This document shows, piece after piece, positions 11,790-26,829 of a DNA stretch of 64,000 bases. Below the pieces are notes generated by a model. That model ran no database searches, was not told the origin of the DNA, and saw only the letters and a program-made list of their open reading frames with translations. Made by a program: the position numbers and the translations under genes. The DNA is from Callorhinchus milii (taxonomy: Eukaryota): NCBI RefSeq assembly GCF_018977255.1, contig NW_024704743.1, forward strand, positions 63,676,001 through 63,740,000, given 5' to 3'. The first letter of the stretch is position 1; every line of letters starts with the position of its first letter.

Positions 11790-13960
11790 AGGCGAAAAGG
11801 ATCTCCCCGCAATCCCTCTCCGCTGCCCTGGAGTCCTCCCACTCTGGCCCACCTCCCACACCAACCCATCCTCTGCATTTACTGTCCTCCACAGCATCCT
11901 CTCCACCACACTCGACGCCCTTGCCTCTTTAACCTCCCGAACTGCCTCCTATTCCCAATAATCACCTGGTTCACCAGCTACCTCCGCTTGCTCAAGGGCC
12001 AGGTGCGGGCTGTCGAATGCACTTGGCTCAAATCCAGCCTAACAGTCCACCGGCACATCTGGCTGGACCACCTCAAAACCTACCGCTCCGCTCTCACCTT
12101 GGCCAAATCGTCCTTGTGTTCCAGGTTAATCCTGGAGGCGAAGGGCAACCCCAGGCCCCTGTTCTCCACCACCAACCGACTCCTCTGCCCACCAAGCCTC
12201 GCAGATCCTTTCCTTCGACTCTCCCTGCGAGGAAATGCTGGACTTCCTTGAATCCAAAATCAAGGGAATCCGATCAGCTGCCACTGCCCTCCCAACTTCC
12301 ACCCACTCCCTACCCACCCCCCACACACTCTGACCACAACCCATCCCTCCTTCCTTTGAACCTGTCACCCCCTCCTCTATCATCACCACCATATCCTCCT
12401 TGAAGCCCACCACCTGCTCCCTGGACCCCATCCCCACTCCTCTCCTTAGATCCCAGCTCCACCTCCTTGCCCCACTACTCGCCGACATCATCAACCTCCC
12501 GCTGTCATCTGGCACTGTTCCTACCCCCCTCAAAACAGCCACTATCACCCACTTTGAAGAAACCTTCCCTTGACCCAACACAGATATCCAGCTACCGGCC
12601 CATTTAAAATTTTCCTTTTCTGTTCAAGGTCCTTGAGAGAGCCGTTGCCCCCAAGCTTCTCTCTTTCCTCTCCTCCCACTCCCTCCATGAGCCCCTCCAA
12701 TCGGGTTTCCATGCTGCCCACAGCACAGAAACTGCTCTGATCAAGGTCACAAATGACATCCTGACCATGTGTGACCAGGGCTCCCTTTGCCTCCTCGTCC
12801 TTTCTGCCGCTCTTGACACTGTGGATCATTCAATTCTCCTCCACCACCTCTCCTTCCACCTCAATCTCCAAGGTTCTGTCCTTCACTGGTTCAGGTCCTA
12901 CCTTTCACACTGCCTCCACTTCATGTCTGCAAACAGCTTCTCCTTCAGCCCCTGCACTGTCTCGTGCGGTGTTCCTCAGAGCTCTGTCCTCTGTCCCCTC
13001 CTCTTCACCCTCTACATGCTACCCCTTGGTGTAATAATAATCCTTGCATTTGATATAGCGCTTTTCATGTTGGGAGGACGTCCCAAAGCGCTTCACAGAA
13101 CACACTGTAAAGTGAACTGACTGTATATTTGTGGGCGAACGCGGCAGCCAATTGCGCACAGCAATGTCCGACAAACAGTCGTGGATTGAAAATGACCAAT
13201 TTTATTATTGTTTTTTTGTTTTTGGAGAGATTATTATTAGGCTCTGTGTGGAGTAAGGAAACTTGTCCAAGGTTTCGCCTTCTGCCTGGAATTGAACTCA
13301 GGTCTCTCACTTGCAAAGCGAGTGCTCTAACCACTGCGCCACAGGACTCCACAGATATGGGGTAAATTTCCACATGTGGGCGGATGACACCCAACTCTAT
13401 CTCACTGCCTTCACCCTCAATTCCAGGGCTACTGGCGTCCTGACCGACTGCCAGTCTGACATCAAGTCCTGGAGGAGGGACAACTTTCTTCAGCTGACCG
13501 GGACACTCCTGATTGGCTTGCACCAGTGCTTCCACACTTAGGGCACTAACAGCATCAGCATCTACGGCTGCACACTCAACCTCACTCAGCCAGTCAGGAA
13601 CCTGGGTGTCTTGTTTACCCTGAACTGTCCTTTCTCCCCCACATCTACGCCATGACCAGCACTGCCTACCACCACTTCCGCGACATTGCCAGACTCCGCC
13701 ACTGCCTCACCCCTCAGGCTGCCGAAATCCTTACCCACGTGTTTGTCACATCAAGGCACGATTATGAAAATTCCCTCCTCATTGGCCTTCCCAACTCTTC
13801 CCTTCACAAGCTGCAGATCATCCAAAACTCTGCAGCTCATGTACTCTCACGCACCAGGCTCCATGACCCCATTGCTCCCACCCTTGCCCGACTCCACTGG
13901 CTCCCCATCCCTCAATCCTCAGAGGATCAAATTCAAGATCCTCGTCCTCACTTTCAAGGC
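11790..13960 (+). mobile_element. Degenerate L2 LINE ORF2 (RT) fragment
   Basis: HSTETALIKVTND, SAALDTVDH, GVPQSSVL, WADDTQLY, LHWLPI and KFKILVLTFKA motifs, with frameshifts. Confidence 0.9.
13032..13352 (-). mobile_element. tRNA-derived SINE (short, young subfamily) inserted in L2 ORF2
   Basis: Very similar to the copy at 59961-60284; it interrupts the L2 RT region between LYMLPLG and (R)YGVNFHMWADDTQ. Confidence 0.9.
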
Positions 13961-16619
13961 TACATTTGATAAGTGCAAGTTTAAACCCTTGGATGGCAAG
14001 TACCAGGAATTCTCTGAGAGCTTCCTGGCAATCAACATAGCTCAGCATGAAATGTGTGAAAACATTGTCACTGTTTTTCTGCCCACAACTTGGGACTCAT
14101 ATCCTTATCCATTGAGTGATGGGGGGCTTCCACCAGTTGGAGATGCGGAGCTTGGTGGATTCCAATCCCTGGATATATGAGTAAGTGTTCAAAAATCTGG
14201 GCTTCAGTTAATGTCTACCAGCAGCCAATTTGCTTATAGCAATGCTGGATAAACTGGATTCACACATTGAATGACCAATTTAACTGGAGAACTGTTGGCA
14301 GAATATCAGGAGAAACTTTTTCAGAATAGTGCCACGGATTCTGTAACATGCACCTGAATGAGCAGACAGAATCATGGTTTAACATCTCATCCAAAGGACA
14401 ATGAAGTGCCTCCCCCAACACTGCACTGAGTCAATATGTACTGCTAAATCAAGCTTACATTCCTCTAATGTCACTAATCGTACTTGGCAAGGTGGAAACT
14501 ATAGCTAGTACAACAAAGATTGTCAGGCTAAACCAACAAAATGCGTCACAATATTTTAAGCTGATCTATGTAAGCACAATAAACTATGTAACATAATTGA
14601 AGAAAAACATTTGCAATCCAAAATAACTAAGAAGCTTTCAAAATCTCTTTGCCTCGCCTTCTCGCTTCCTGCCTTCAAAGCCCACCTAAAAAGTTTTTTC
14701 AACTGTGCTTTTGGTCCACACTCTCTCTGCTTGGTGTTTCCTACCATGAATGTGAAATGCTTTTAGACACTCGTTTTATGTGAAAGGCCTTGTCACCTTA
14801 TTTTTGCTTATATTTTTTGTACAGCATTTTCAAGACCCGAGTTACATCACCAAGCAATCCTAGCTCCACTGAAAACCAGTTTGGTCTGTGAATCTTTTCT
14901 TAATTTACAGCTCTAACTTCTGGAGATTATTGTTCCTGTGTTCTGAATGTGCAGGATATTGGAACACTGAAAGCTCAGGAAAGGAGGAAGATTTATTTAT
15001 TTATAAGTTCATTACAAGTGTAAATTTGCAGGGAAAATATAGAGCATATAAACTTGAAGTGATAACCACAATAATGATACTTAAAAATGTTGGAGACAAG
15101 TAGCTATGACTCCCTACTTGTACATGGAATAATTAGTTACGTGATCTAAAGGAAATCAGGAGATTTGCTCCTTGCTGTTATTGAGATTCTGCTACGACTT
15201 TTGGCAATTCAATATCACAAAAAAGTCTCCATTACTCTTGTGAAGTTTTCTATCTGACAATTTCATGTGTGTGTTTTCACCGATTGAGATCAAAATATTC
15301 TAATAGATATTTTTGTTTTATAAACTACTGTTAAAATTGAGGATAGCAAGCTACCAGAAGAGTAGCAAGAGTAGTAAGGTGATGTGAATTGGTGGATCTA
15401 TCATCCATAATCATTACTTCTAAAACATTTAAAATCCCTCGAAAAGTTAATGAGTACATCTTGCTTGCTGTCTACATTTTTTCCTTCTTTCACTCTTTTA
15501 GTTTGTCTTGAGTTATTTTCATGTGTTTTGATATTTACCCCTTATTTCAATAGCCTTTCTACATTGGGCTCTCTTCTTACAATGATTAGAATGTTTCCTG
15601 ACCTACATGAATGTGGCTGAGCATGATATTTCACCCTCACATTTTTCAAGTAATTCCTCAATTGCAACCTAGAAAAAAGTTAGGTTAGAATGACCTGCTA
15701 TGTACAAATTTATATACTTTGTTGAATCTTTTCAAAGCTACACGTTTCGATGGCTAGATGGGATAGAAAGCAGATTAAATATGTACCTTACATTTGTATT
15801 TCTGTATGATATGGTGAAGTTGTTGTATATGCTCCCCCTTCCCATTTGCCACACTTGTTAACCTTATCTACAAAGGAGCACTCCTCCATTATGGAAGAAT
15901 TACTACTTTCACTTGAGAAGAAGGGCAATGAGAAGTAACTGTGATCCATTGCCACAGAAGAATGAGAGCAGCAGAAAGATATTTGAAGTCTTGTGCCATT
16001 GAGCTACAGTATTTTGGAGAAATACTTTGCATGCTGTGATAGTTATTTGCTGTGGATAAAGTTTTCCCCAAGAGCCTCTGTAATTTGTGGGCTTCCCAAA
16101 TGGGAGTTGGTGGGGGGGAAGGAAGTAAGCAGGCCTCCTTGGAGCTGAACTGGCACTAAGGTGACATTTCTGCCAACGGAAAGTCAGAATCACGGCAGCC
16201 TTCTGTGGCAGTCTTGGTAGTCCAATTCCTGAGACAGGAGGGTCCGCAGTACTCCAGGGCACTGCTGATGACAACCCAGTCTATTCATGGACAGGACCTG
16301 GAAGGGCAGACCAGTCACTGGGTTGAAATGTTAAGCAGAGATCCTGTCTGCATGCCTCAGGTAAAGATCCCATGGTATTATTTGAAAAAGAAAGGGAGTT
16401 TCTCCAGGTATGCTGGCCAACAATCCCCCAAATAATATTGTTCATTCACTCCCTAACTGGCTGTTTATGAACATGGATGTGTGCAAATTGAATTCTGCAT
16501 TCGACTGAAAAATATGCAGTCACTGCACTTTACCGTAAATCCTGTGAAGTGCTTTGAATCATCTTCCTGAAATAACGGGTGCTATGTCAAATAATACAAA
16601 ATACAATACAAATGGGATC

Positions 16620-17320
16620 AAAGAGGGTGGAGGGCAGGGAGGGTAATCGGAGATGAGGGTCTTGAGAGGTGCCTTGAAGGAGACAAGGGAGGGAGTGAGG
16701 TGAAGAGAATGGCTTATGGCATTCCAAAGGGTGGGTGCAGAGAGGCTGAAGGCCAAACCGCTGCTGGTAGGTCAGGGCGGAGGTGGACGGGGGCGTAGAA
16801 CAGGCCAGAGCCTGCTGGGCGGAGGGAGTGAACAGGTTGATATGGGGTTAGCAGGTCAAAGAGATAGGAAGGAGCAAGGCCTTGGAGGGCCTTGAAGACG
16901 AGGATGAGGATTTTCAATTCTATGAACTCTCTTTCAACTCTATGAGCCAGTGGAGCTGAGCGAGGGTAGGGGTGATAGGGTCATAGCCGGTACAGGAGAG
17001 GATACAAGGTGCAGAGTTCTGGAAGATCTGCAGCTTGTGGAGGGAAGAATTGGGAAGGCCGACAAACGGAGTTGGCGTAGTCGAGGCTAGATGTGTTGAA
17101 TGCATGAATAAGGGTTTTGTTGGCCTGAGGAGTGAGGTAGTGGCGGAGCCGGGCGATGTTGCGGAGGTGGGGGAAGACAGAATGGGTCATGGCACAAATA
17201 TGGGGTAGAAAGGACAGTCGTGGGTCAAACGAGACACCAAGGTTCCAGACTGGCTCAGTGAGGTGGAGTGTGCGTCCCTGGATGGTGGTGCTGCCAGTGC
17301 CTGAGGTGTGGAAATAAAGA
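16620..17320 (-). mobile_element. Degenerate L2 LINE 3' fragment
   Basis: HLRNIARLRHYLT, LHKLQIFQNSA, LVFKALQGLAPSYL. Confidence 0.85.
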
Positions 17321-18773
17321 GTAGATCAGCCCACTTCCTCTTTGGTGAAGGGTTGAGGCTATATTATGCCAATATTAAATATCTTGTCATTAACTAGGAA
17401 AGATTTCAGAAATATATACAATTTGGAAGGTTTTGGTCCTCAGGTTTCCTTCCTTGGAATCAAACTTATTTGTATTTGTAACATAGAATTTGTTGCTAGA
17501 GTACTTAAAAGTTGAATAACCTTGAGTTACTAAAAAGTAAATGCTAATTTCCTTGGTGTTGAGACCAATATATTCCAAAGCTGTTTGAAGCATCCAAAAC
17601 TTTTTTTTGATTAGAATAACAACCACTTTCATGATTTTGCTTGTGGATAGAAAGATGTTAATGAGCTTCTGCCTCGAAGCACATAACAATAAACTAGCAA
17701 CTACCAAGGCAATTGAGGAAAGGATGCCATGTCTAATACGCTATGCTATTACAATATTACAAATTTTAAAGTTTTGTACTGTTTGTTTTTGCTTTGTGAG
17801 CAAAATAATGTTAATAATCAAAATTACAGGAAATAAGGAGTTAATAAACTACCATTTCATCCATAGATAATCAATTTGTACTGAATGCACAACAGTAGCT
17901 ACATTTAGAGTTCATTGGTTAGTAGTCAGGCACTAAATGGCAGGCTGATGAATTTGAAACATAAAACATTTGCATACCAATAAAAATGCTGTCATTCCCA
18001 AAGGAAATTCAGCAGGCAGTAAACACTAGGGTGCATATCAATTTGGGGTGAATTTTGAGCAGGCACAGACCACAAACACACACACTTATTCAGTGAAGTC
18101 TTCATTAGTTCACTGAAGGCATATCATCTCATCCCTATTAATCGATTCTTATTCCCATTGTTTGGACACAGTTGGAGCTGTAAAGCTCTATTATTGTCGC
18201 ATTTGAGAGCATCTAACAATGTCCTGGAGCTTTGAGTTCTCATCAATAAATAAAAGTGTTTAATGTTGTTGATGAACTCGGCTATTCTATGATCAGCGTG
18301 CATGTCAGCCTTTTTTTTATTATGTAAAGCAGAAATGTTCTTTAAAGGTCTTCAATAAGGATGGTTGTCAAGGATATCAATTAACTAAGATAAACACTTT
18401 GCCTTGTATTCTCAGATGCTTCTTGAAAGCACCGCTGTGGTAACCATGCTCTGGCACCATAATATAGGATTGGCAGCATTCCATTCCTATAAAACACTGT
18501 GAAGTTCAGCAATTTGTATGGCATTCTGGGCCCAAGTCCCAGTTTATATCTAACAAATTTAAAGAAAAACGCAAAGGGGGTCGATGAAGATGTAATTCTT
18601 CAGTAGTTTGTACATCAATGAAAATATCTGACCTCTTTACATCAAAATTGTTCAGAATGTTAACAACCAAATGCCTGTGAAGACCAATAAACCTGATTAC
18701 AGTTTGCTTCTTTCTATTTCATATAGGTAAAACGCTGACTTTTTAACCTCTTTCCCTGAGTTCCTATTCCTAT

Positions 18774-19093
18774 GTGGAGTCCTGTAGCGCAGTGGTTAGA
18801 GCACTCGCCTTGCAAGCGAGACACGTGGGTTCAATTCCAGGCAGAGGGCGAAACATTGGGCAAGTTTCCTTACACCACACGCCTAATAATAATCCCTCCA
18901 AAACAAAACAATAATAAATTGGTCATTTTCAATCCACAACTGTTTGTGGGACATTGCTGTGCACAATTGGCTGCTCTGCGTTTCACCCACAAACATACAG
19001 TTAATTCACTTTACAGTCTACTTCTGTGAAGCGCTTTGAGACATCGCGAAGACGTGAAAAGTGCTATGTCAAATGCAAGGATTATTATTATTA
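18774..19093 (+). mobile_element. tRNA-derived SINE (short subfamily)
   Basis: GTGGAGTCCTGTAGCGCAGTGGTTAGAGCAC head, GGTTCAATTCC B-box, Deu-like core, (ATT)n tail. Confidence 0.9.
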
Positions 19094-21389
19094 AATAATT
19101 TATTTATGAAATACTTACTTATGGTAATTATTGTAAATACTGTAGTTCCCTCAGAAAACAATAACATGTGGCATGTAATTGACTGTGAAGCGCTTTGAGA
19201 TGTTTTAATGCTACAAAAATGAAAATAAAAACAAAGTTAGTATTCTAGTAAATAGAGATCCATGTTTAGCCGTAATACATTTTTCAAAGATTCCTAAGAC
19301 CAGGTAAATGATGAAAAGGTGGGAGGGCAGTTTTTTTAAAATGCAGTACCTTATTATGAGTTATATTATTTCAAGCTGAAGATTGAGTTTTCAGTCACCC
19401 CGTAATTAATTATTGTCACTATCCATAGCGTGTTCACTTGTGTAAAGTTTAGTTTTATGGTCCCGATAAAAGCCTCTCTAATCTGCTTTATACAATTTAT
19501 TTGTACTATAGTTCAGTACAATGCCACCCTTTCATAATTTATACCCTTTATAATAATGATGCTTTTTGTTAATGACTGAACTGTCGAACAGGTAAGGGGA
19601 CATGTAAATAGGAAGAGCTGTTTTTTTATTTAACAGTAAGAAATTATATTGTTGAAATGTGTATGAAAATGACTATTTAGCCATCTACATATTGGACTAC
19701 AATGTGTGGAGAGCCAGCCCCAAGCTGCAACTAGATAATCCCTTACACATGCGAAAATGGCAAGAATAGCAAGAGTAATCTTACCATTCTCTCTGTACTC
19801 AAATACATTTCTCATAGATGGACACTATAATCTCGATGAATAAAGGTACACTGTTGATATAATGCCTAAATAGCCAAATAAGTATTTTACAGCATTTTAT
19901 TTTTATTTTGAAATGTTTTAAACACTTGCCTTTATGATTTCTTTTTATTTCATTAGTTCTTTTTCTGTAGATCTTTATTTTCTATCCGTTGTATTTTATT
20001 TTTATTCTATTTTCTCTTTTCTCTACGCCTTTTTCTTGCCTCTTTTACTGATGCTGTTTTCTTTCAGAGGGTTTCTGGGAGCTGTCTCTTTCAGCTGTTT
20101 TTATAACATGACCAAGTGACCATATTAAAATAACTCTACCCTGTAGTAGTCCTAAGAAAATTCTCTCTGCTTCAGCACAGCAACCGGAATCCAGTCACAA
20201 AAATAGAGAAGGCTGCTTCCCTCCTTTTCAGTGGGATGTGGCTGATATCGGTACAAATAGGATTCCCAACATCTCTCATGATCTGAGACTTTGACCATTG
20301 TGTTAACATGCACAACTTTTCAAAATTTACTAAATTCAGACTTAATTTGGAAGTTATTTTTCTACACTGTGGAACAATGGCTTCCAAATTAAGAATGATA
20401 TTTTTCTTAAAATTCTGTATGATCTTACATATTAACACAATGATCAGGGTAAGAGTGCTGAAAATAATGCAACAGACTTACCAAATGTAAAGGAATATGG
20501 ATACATTAGGAAGGGAGATGGGTGGACAAATGGCAAGTGCAATTTAATGTGGATAAATGCAGAGTATTTATTTATGTACTTCATTTATGTGCAGGACACG
20601 ACACAGGAGAGGCCTTTTTGATATTTTTTTGGAAAGATCATTGAAACCATCACAGTGCGGATAGGAAAAAAGTAGTATATAGCTAAAAGGATAAAGCATA
20701 AGTCACAGAAAGTGCTGCTGAATTTCTACACAACTGATTGCTACATCACGGCAATAACTAACACAGACCAGGAATCGAACTGGAATCTTCACAATCTTGA
20801 TAACTCAACTCACCAGATAACTGGTTGAGGTAGGATACAGTCCTTTTTCAAAGGTGAGTTCTTTTTGTTACAATGTTAAGTTCTTCACCTGGGAGTTTAT
20901 TCCTCGCGTCCACAATTTTACTCGAATTGTTTATTATGTACCCCTCTAATTCGGCTCTCACACTCCAAGTTAATTAAGAAACAATGAACCTAGGCTATAG
21001 TAATGGAGTACAGGACAGTTACAGTAAAACATGTGATCCAAATTGGTCATAAAAATAAACAGGAATTCATTGTTCTGAAAGAAATGGACCTTGCCCATTT
21101 TTAAAGGTATTGATCAGCACAGCAGTACTGCTGTGTCTGAGAGTTTATTCCTTCTTTAGCCATGAGCCGTTTGGATTAGAAATGTTTTACTGTCGTTTGA
21201 TTCAGAAAGGAACCACAGTCATTAAATGATTTTACTATGGAGAAGAATCAAATCTGCACCCTGGAGATCCATAACAAAATCATGTTCACCAACTCTCCAG
21301 TGGTTCACATATCTAAGTCACGACAGCTGCTAAAGTGAACTGAAGTAAATTAACTGTTTCCAAGTGAAAGCAAACATACATAGCTATTT

Positions 21390-23795
21390 TATGCATGGGC
21401 TCACGTGGCATTTGCCATTGGCTGTCCAGCAGCAGCCACACTGACTGCTCCATTCCCCACTATCACCGCAAGCCTCGCCAGACCAAGATCCCGTGGGCTA
21501 ACCTCTCCTCCCTCATCCACATTCCCACCCTCCCTGCCAATCCTCCCACCACTCCCTCCCATGTCAAACATTCCTCTGCCAACTGTCCTCTCTGCATCGG
21601 CCTACAAAATGTCCATTCCCTTTCTAACAAGGCTCTCTCCATCAACGACATCATCAGTGATGAAAACATCGATATCCCGGCACTCACTGAAACCTAGATC
21701 ACCCCAGGCCACACCTTCCCCCTGACTGAGGACACACTACCAGGCTATACCTTCCACCATACTCTACGTCTTAACCACCGTGGCGGTGGTGTGACTCATC
21801 TCCAGTTACTCACTTGCTCTATCCCACTACTCCTCCAGCTGATTCCCCTCCTTTGAGCACCTTACCCTCTACCATTCCTCCAATGTTTCCTTCAAAATTC
21901 TTCTGATTTATTGTCCCCTCAAACCCACCAACTTCATCTCTGAATTTCCACCCTCCTAGCTTCCCTCTGCCTCTGTCCTGAACACCTCCTTATCCTAGGC
22001 GACTTCAACCTGCACTTCAACCCTTCTTGCTCTATCTCCACTAACTTCTCCTTTCCTCTCACAACCGCTCTCTCCACATCCATTCTGCCACCCATGTTCA
22101 TGGTTGCCCATTCAACCTGGTGATTATCTGGGCCTCAGTGTCACCGATAAAGTCATCTCAGATCACCATTTCATCTCCCTTAACACCTCAATCCGTCTCC
22201 CCATCGCCACCCAATCCACCTCCATCTCCTACCGCCCCTGAAAAAGAATCTCCCCGCACTCCATCTCCACTGCCATGGAATTGTCTGAATTCCTCCCCCT
22301 CTGGCCTACCTCCTGCACCGACTTATCCTCCTTGGTCACTCTCCTCCACAACTCCCTCTCCACCATTTCTCAATGCCCTTTTCCCCCTCACCTGCTGAAC
22401 CACCTCATACTAACACAACTCAACAGGAACAGCCACCTCTGCTCACTCAAGGGTCAGATGCATGCCGCTGAATGCACCTGGCTCAAATCTGATTTAACAG
22501 TCCACCGGCAGATCTGACTGGACCACATAAAAACTTACCAGTCCGTCCTCGCCTCCACTAAATTGTCCTTCTATTCCAAAGTAATCTTGGAGGCCAAGGA
22601 CAACCCCAGACTTCAATTCTCCACCACCAACTGGCTACTCCATCCACCCTCTCACACCTCACCCATCCTCTCCCTGTCAACTGGCACCATTCCCACCCTC
22701 CTAAAAATAGCTGTCATCACTCCTAAAGAAAATTCCTGGACCCATCCCTGCTCACTAACTACCACCCCATCTCCAACCTCCCTTTCCTTTCTAAGATCCT
22801 TGAAAGAGTTGTTGCTTCCCAGCTTCACTCCTTCCTCTCCTGCCACTCCCTTTATGATACCCTCAAATCGGGTTTCCGTGCTGCCCACGGCACAGAAACT
22901 GCTCTGGTCAATGTGACAAATGATATTCGGTTTATCCATGACCAAGACTCCCTCTGTCTCCTCATCCTCCTTGACCTCTCTGCTGCCTTTGATACTGGGG
23001 ACCACTCTATCCTCCTCCACTGCCTCTCCCCTCACCTCAACATGTAGGCTGATGACACCCAACTCTATCTCTTTGCCTCCACCCTCAACACCAGGGCAAT
23101 TGCTGTCCGGACAGACTACCTGTCGACATCAAGTGCTGGATGAGAGCTAACTTTCTCCAGTTGAATGTCAACAAGACCAAGATCCTTGGCATCCTGTTCG
23201 AACCTTAACTGCCCTTCATCCCTCACATCTGAGCCATGACCCGCTCCGCATTTCCCCACCTCTGCAACATTGCCCAGCTCCACCACTGTCCCTCACCGCA
23301 AGCACACATTCATCACATCCAGGCTTGACTACACCAACTCCCTGATTGTTGGCCTCCCCAACTCCTTCCTCCAAAGGTTGCAGATCATCCAGAACTCTGC
23401 AAACTGCGTCCTCTCCCTCTCCAGGCTCTGCGACCCTATCATCCTCATTCTCGCCCAACTCCACTGGTTCTCCATCACTCAGAAGAAACAGTTTAAGATC
23501 CTGGTCCTCACCTTCAAAGCCCTCCACGCCCCACCTGGTGATTATCTGGGCCTCAGTGTCACCCACTGGAACTCCATCCAACAGTCCCTCTGTTTCACCC
23601 CATCCCTTGCCTCCTTCGAGACCCATCTCAAGACCCTCCTCTTCAACCACGCCTAGTCACCCTCCTACCCCTATCCTTCCCGCCCTCCACCTCTCCTGAT
23701 GCCAACCACCAGTTCGGGTGCAGATCCCTGACTGTCCAGCGTTTTGGGATGTCTTCCTGACGTGAAAGGCACTAAACAAATGTAATTGTTGTTAT
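21390..23795 (+). mobile_element. Degenerate, internally deleted L2 LINE spanning the APE endonuclease to the 3' tail
   Basis: LQNVHSLSNK..ALTET and ILGDFN (endonuclease), LLDLSAAFDT and ADDTQLY (RT), TTGTTG tail at about 23790. Confidence 0.88.
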
Positions 23796-26700
23796 ATTAC
23801 ACAGAGCATCATTTGAGGCATTCACATATCGCAGTGTACTTTTGGTTATAAATGAAACTTGGTAGAGCAGACTTGCGGAAGCCAAAGCAACTGGTAACAT
23901 TCAACCAATTCAAAAGGGCTACTTTTATGATGTAATTTGATCGTATGGAACCTAGTATAATATTGAACATAGAAAACCAAAGAATCCTGTTTTGACCATG
24001 ATTCCATATGCCATGAGTCTCCTATGTCTAAATATATAACTTGTGTAATCATTTGCTTATTGCTCATATCTATAACACTAGACATCATCCTTGGTGCTCT
24101 CTTCTGCATTAACATTTTTACAGTTATACCAGAAATTGTTTCAGAATCCTGGAAAAAAGAAGGCTTTGGAATTTTGCTTTGATTTTAGCATCTATGGTGC
24201 TGTTTTATTCTCCAAATTATTAATTAATTCTACAAATCCTAAATTAAAATGTTCATCCCATAATTCACCTCATTTTCCCAGGCTGGAAGGGGAAATTCAT
24301 ATAAACTTTAGTATCGAAAGATCTCTATTGAAAATAGCACCTGTGTGATCAACAACAATAACTTGCATTTATATAGTGATTTCATGCAGGGTAGTGTCTA
24401 GGAGCACTTAACAATGGTGGACTTTGACGCCGAGCCGGGGAGAAAGTGGAGGCAACCATAGGCATGGTCAAAGGGAAAAGTCTCCAGGTGAGATCTGAAG
24501 ACACAAATTGAGGGGGAAAGGCGGAGGGATTGAGACAGAGAGTTTCAAGCCGAAAGCATAGCCACCATTAACGGAATGGAGGGAACGATGAACATGCAGA
24601 AGACCGGAGCCAGCTGAGCAAAGGGGGTGAATAGAGGAGTTGTATGCAAGCAGATTGGAGAGTGGAGAGGTAGGGACGAACCAGGGCGTGAAGTGATTTG
24701 TACTTGAGTAAGTTTGAGGATCTTGAAATTGATCTGTACTGCAACAAATAGCCAGTGGTGCCGGGGCTTTAATTAATTGGATTTAATGAACGGTGAAGCT
24801 GAGGAGACTGGTGAGGAGGGCAATGGAAAAATAAAGCCAGGAGATGATGAACGAGTTTCAGTTGTATTGAGTGTGAGGTATAAGGTGTGAGGTGTAATCA
24901 TCAAGTAAAGAAAGGATTTAATTGGGCAGCGATGCTTCCCATGTTTGAATAGGCTTACACATGAATAATTATTGTTTAAGTGAAGGTTGCCAATGGTTGT
25001 GGATCTGCACTCAAGCATGATCCGTTCTTGCCAGAATAGGAGGAAGAGTAGGAAAGAAATGTGGGAGGAAATAGGAAAATATATTTGAAAGTAATAAAAT
25101 AAACATTGAAGTCGGAGGAAAGCTGCAGTATCATAAACAGCAATAACAATTAAGTTTGTTTTTCATTCATTCAATGAATAGATTGGGAAATAGTCACCTG
25201 AGATAAGAAAGAACTTTATTCTACAAGGAAAATGTCTCATGTTAATTGCAATTCTTCTTCTATTGTGTCAAATGTAGCTGAAGTGAATTGTTAGCCAAAT
25301 ATTAGCATAAGCAAATTGCAGTCCTTCCAGAAAACAAATTACTAAGAAGGAATGCTTTATCTCAGATCTACTTAAAGAGCCCTGAAGAGCCCTAATATTA
25401 TTATTGTTATTATAAGCGTACCTTCTTCCAACTAACCTCTTTGCTTAATTATGACAAAAATATTGGCAGAAATGTTCTCATTATGATAGAAACTAATTTC
25501 ACTAAACCAAACTCGGATCAGATGGGATTTATTCTTTGGAAGCCTCTCCCATAAGAGCGGACATTTCTTCTTGACATAGGGTGAAGGTCAAGGTGCATTC
25601 TCTGAAATCAGAAGAGACCTTTAGGTGGGACCCATTGGATAGTGGGTGGTAAAAGATTGAGCCCATACTGATGCCAGCTCTTCAATTGAAGCTAAAATAA
25701 AATTTGAATTCCCTATTCCTTCCTGTAAGCAGTCCTAGAATTCTGAGTTGTTTTAAATTGACCAAAGAAAACCCCAAAGCGTCATGGGCTTGTTTACTTC
25801 ATAAAAGAAGTAATATGAAGTAACTTCATATGACGAAAATACATGAAGGCCAGGGATGGTGGAAAACAAGTGAAAGAATGTTTATAGAACAAAGTTTCTT
25901 CAGCATCATTGTTGATAAGGTTACGTTTTTAGTTACACAATGGACATTAAAAATAAACTGTTAAATCTGTGGTACTGAGACTTGTTTGAAACAAGCTGTC
26001 AGAGTTTTGATACGAGAAAAGATGTTGACAAGTGCGGATATCAGTGATGGGGTGAGACTGTTTTATCAAAAGATGTTTTTAGTAAACCTAAATCCAGATA
26101 TCTTTACAAATTTGATGTGTACGTATAAAATACGTATAAATGTAGGATAATTCTCAACGAAATGAGAAGAGAGAGATTTGGGAACACTGGCTACCCTTAA
26201 CACTAACTAAGCATAACCAATATTTTAAAGAAGGAAGACAAAGATGGATACAACTGTCAACATATTTTTCAACACTCACAAAACATCAATCCTGATACCA
26301 GTCAAAATTCTCAACGAAGGAAAAGACCTGAGTTTGGGAATGAAGAAGCCAAGTGTAACCTATCTCGAAGAAAGAGAGGTACACCACAATCAACATGGAT
26401 TGACACAGGTTAACAAGCCAATACAAAGTTACATTTGTATAGCGCCTTTCATGTTGGGAGAATGTCCCAAGGTGCTGGAACATCTCAAGGTGCTGGAACA
26501 AATCGATTTCTCCATCAAATCCTGTATTGATCCGATCAACCCATTGCATTGAACTTTACTAAGGATTAATTTGATGATATGAAACGTATAACTATGATAT
26601 GTATAACCTTGCTAATCTTTATTAAAAATGTACTAATTGAAGCAAATTGAGAGTTTGTATCAGTTCATACTTCACCGCACGGCCACAAATTTATTCGAAC

Positions 26701-26829
26701 CTTGCACTCCCATACCTTTTGTAATCACACTATAACTGGTAGTAAAGGGCTTTAAAATAGCAGCGCACGACCACAAGAAACATGGGCACTTCACTGTAAT
26801 CCACAGTGTCTAGTTGCAATTACATTTTG

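Noticed and set aside
18774..18850. tRNA-Ala-like gene
   Set aside because: It is the head of a multicopy SINE and continues into the SINE core and tail.
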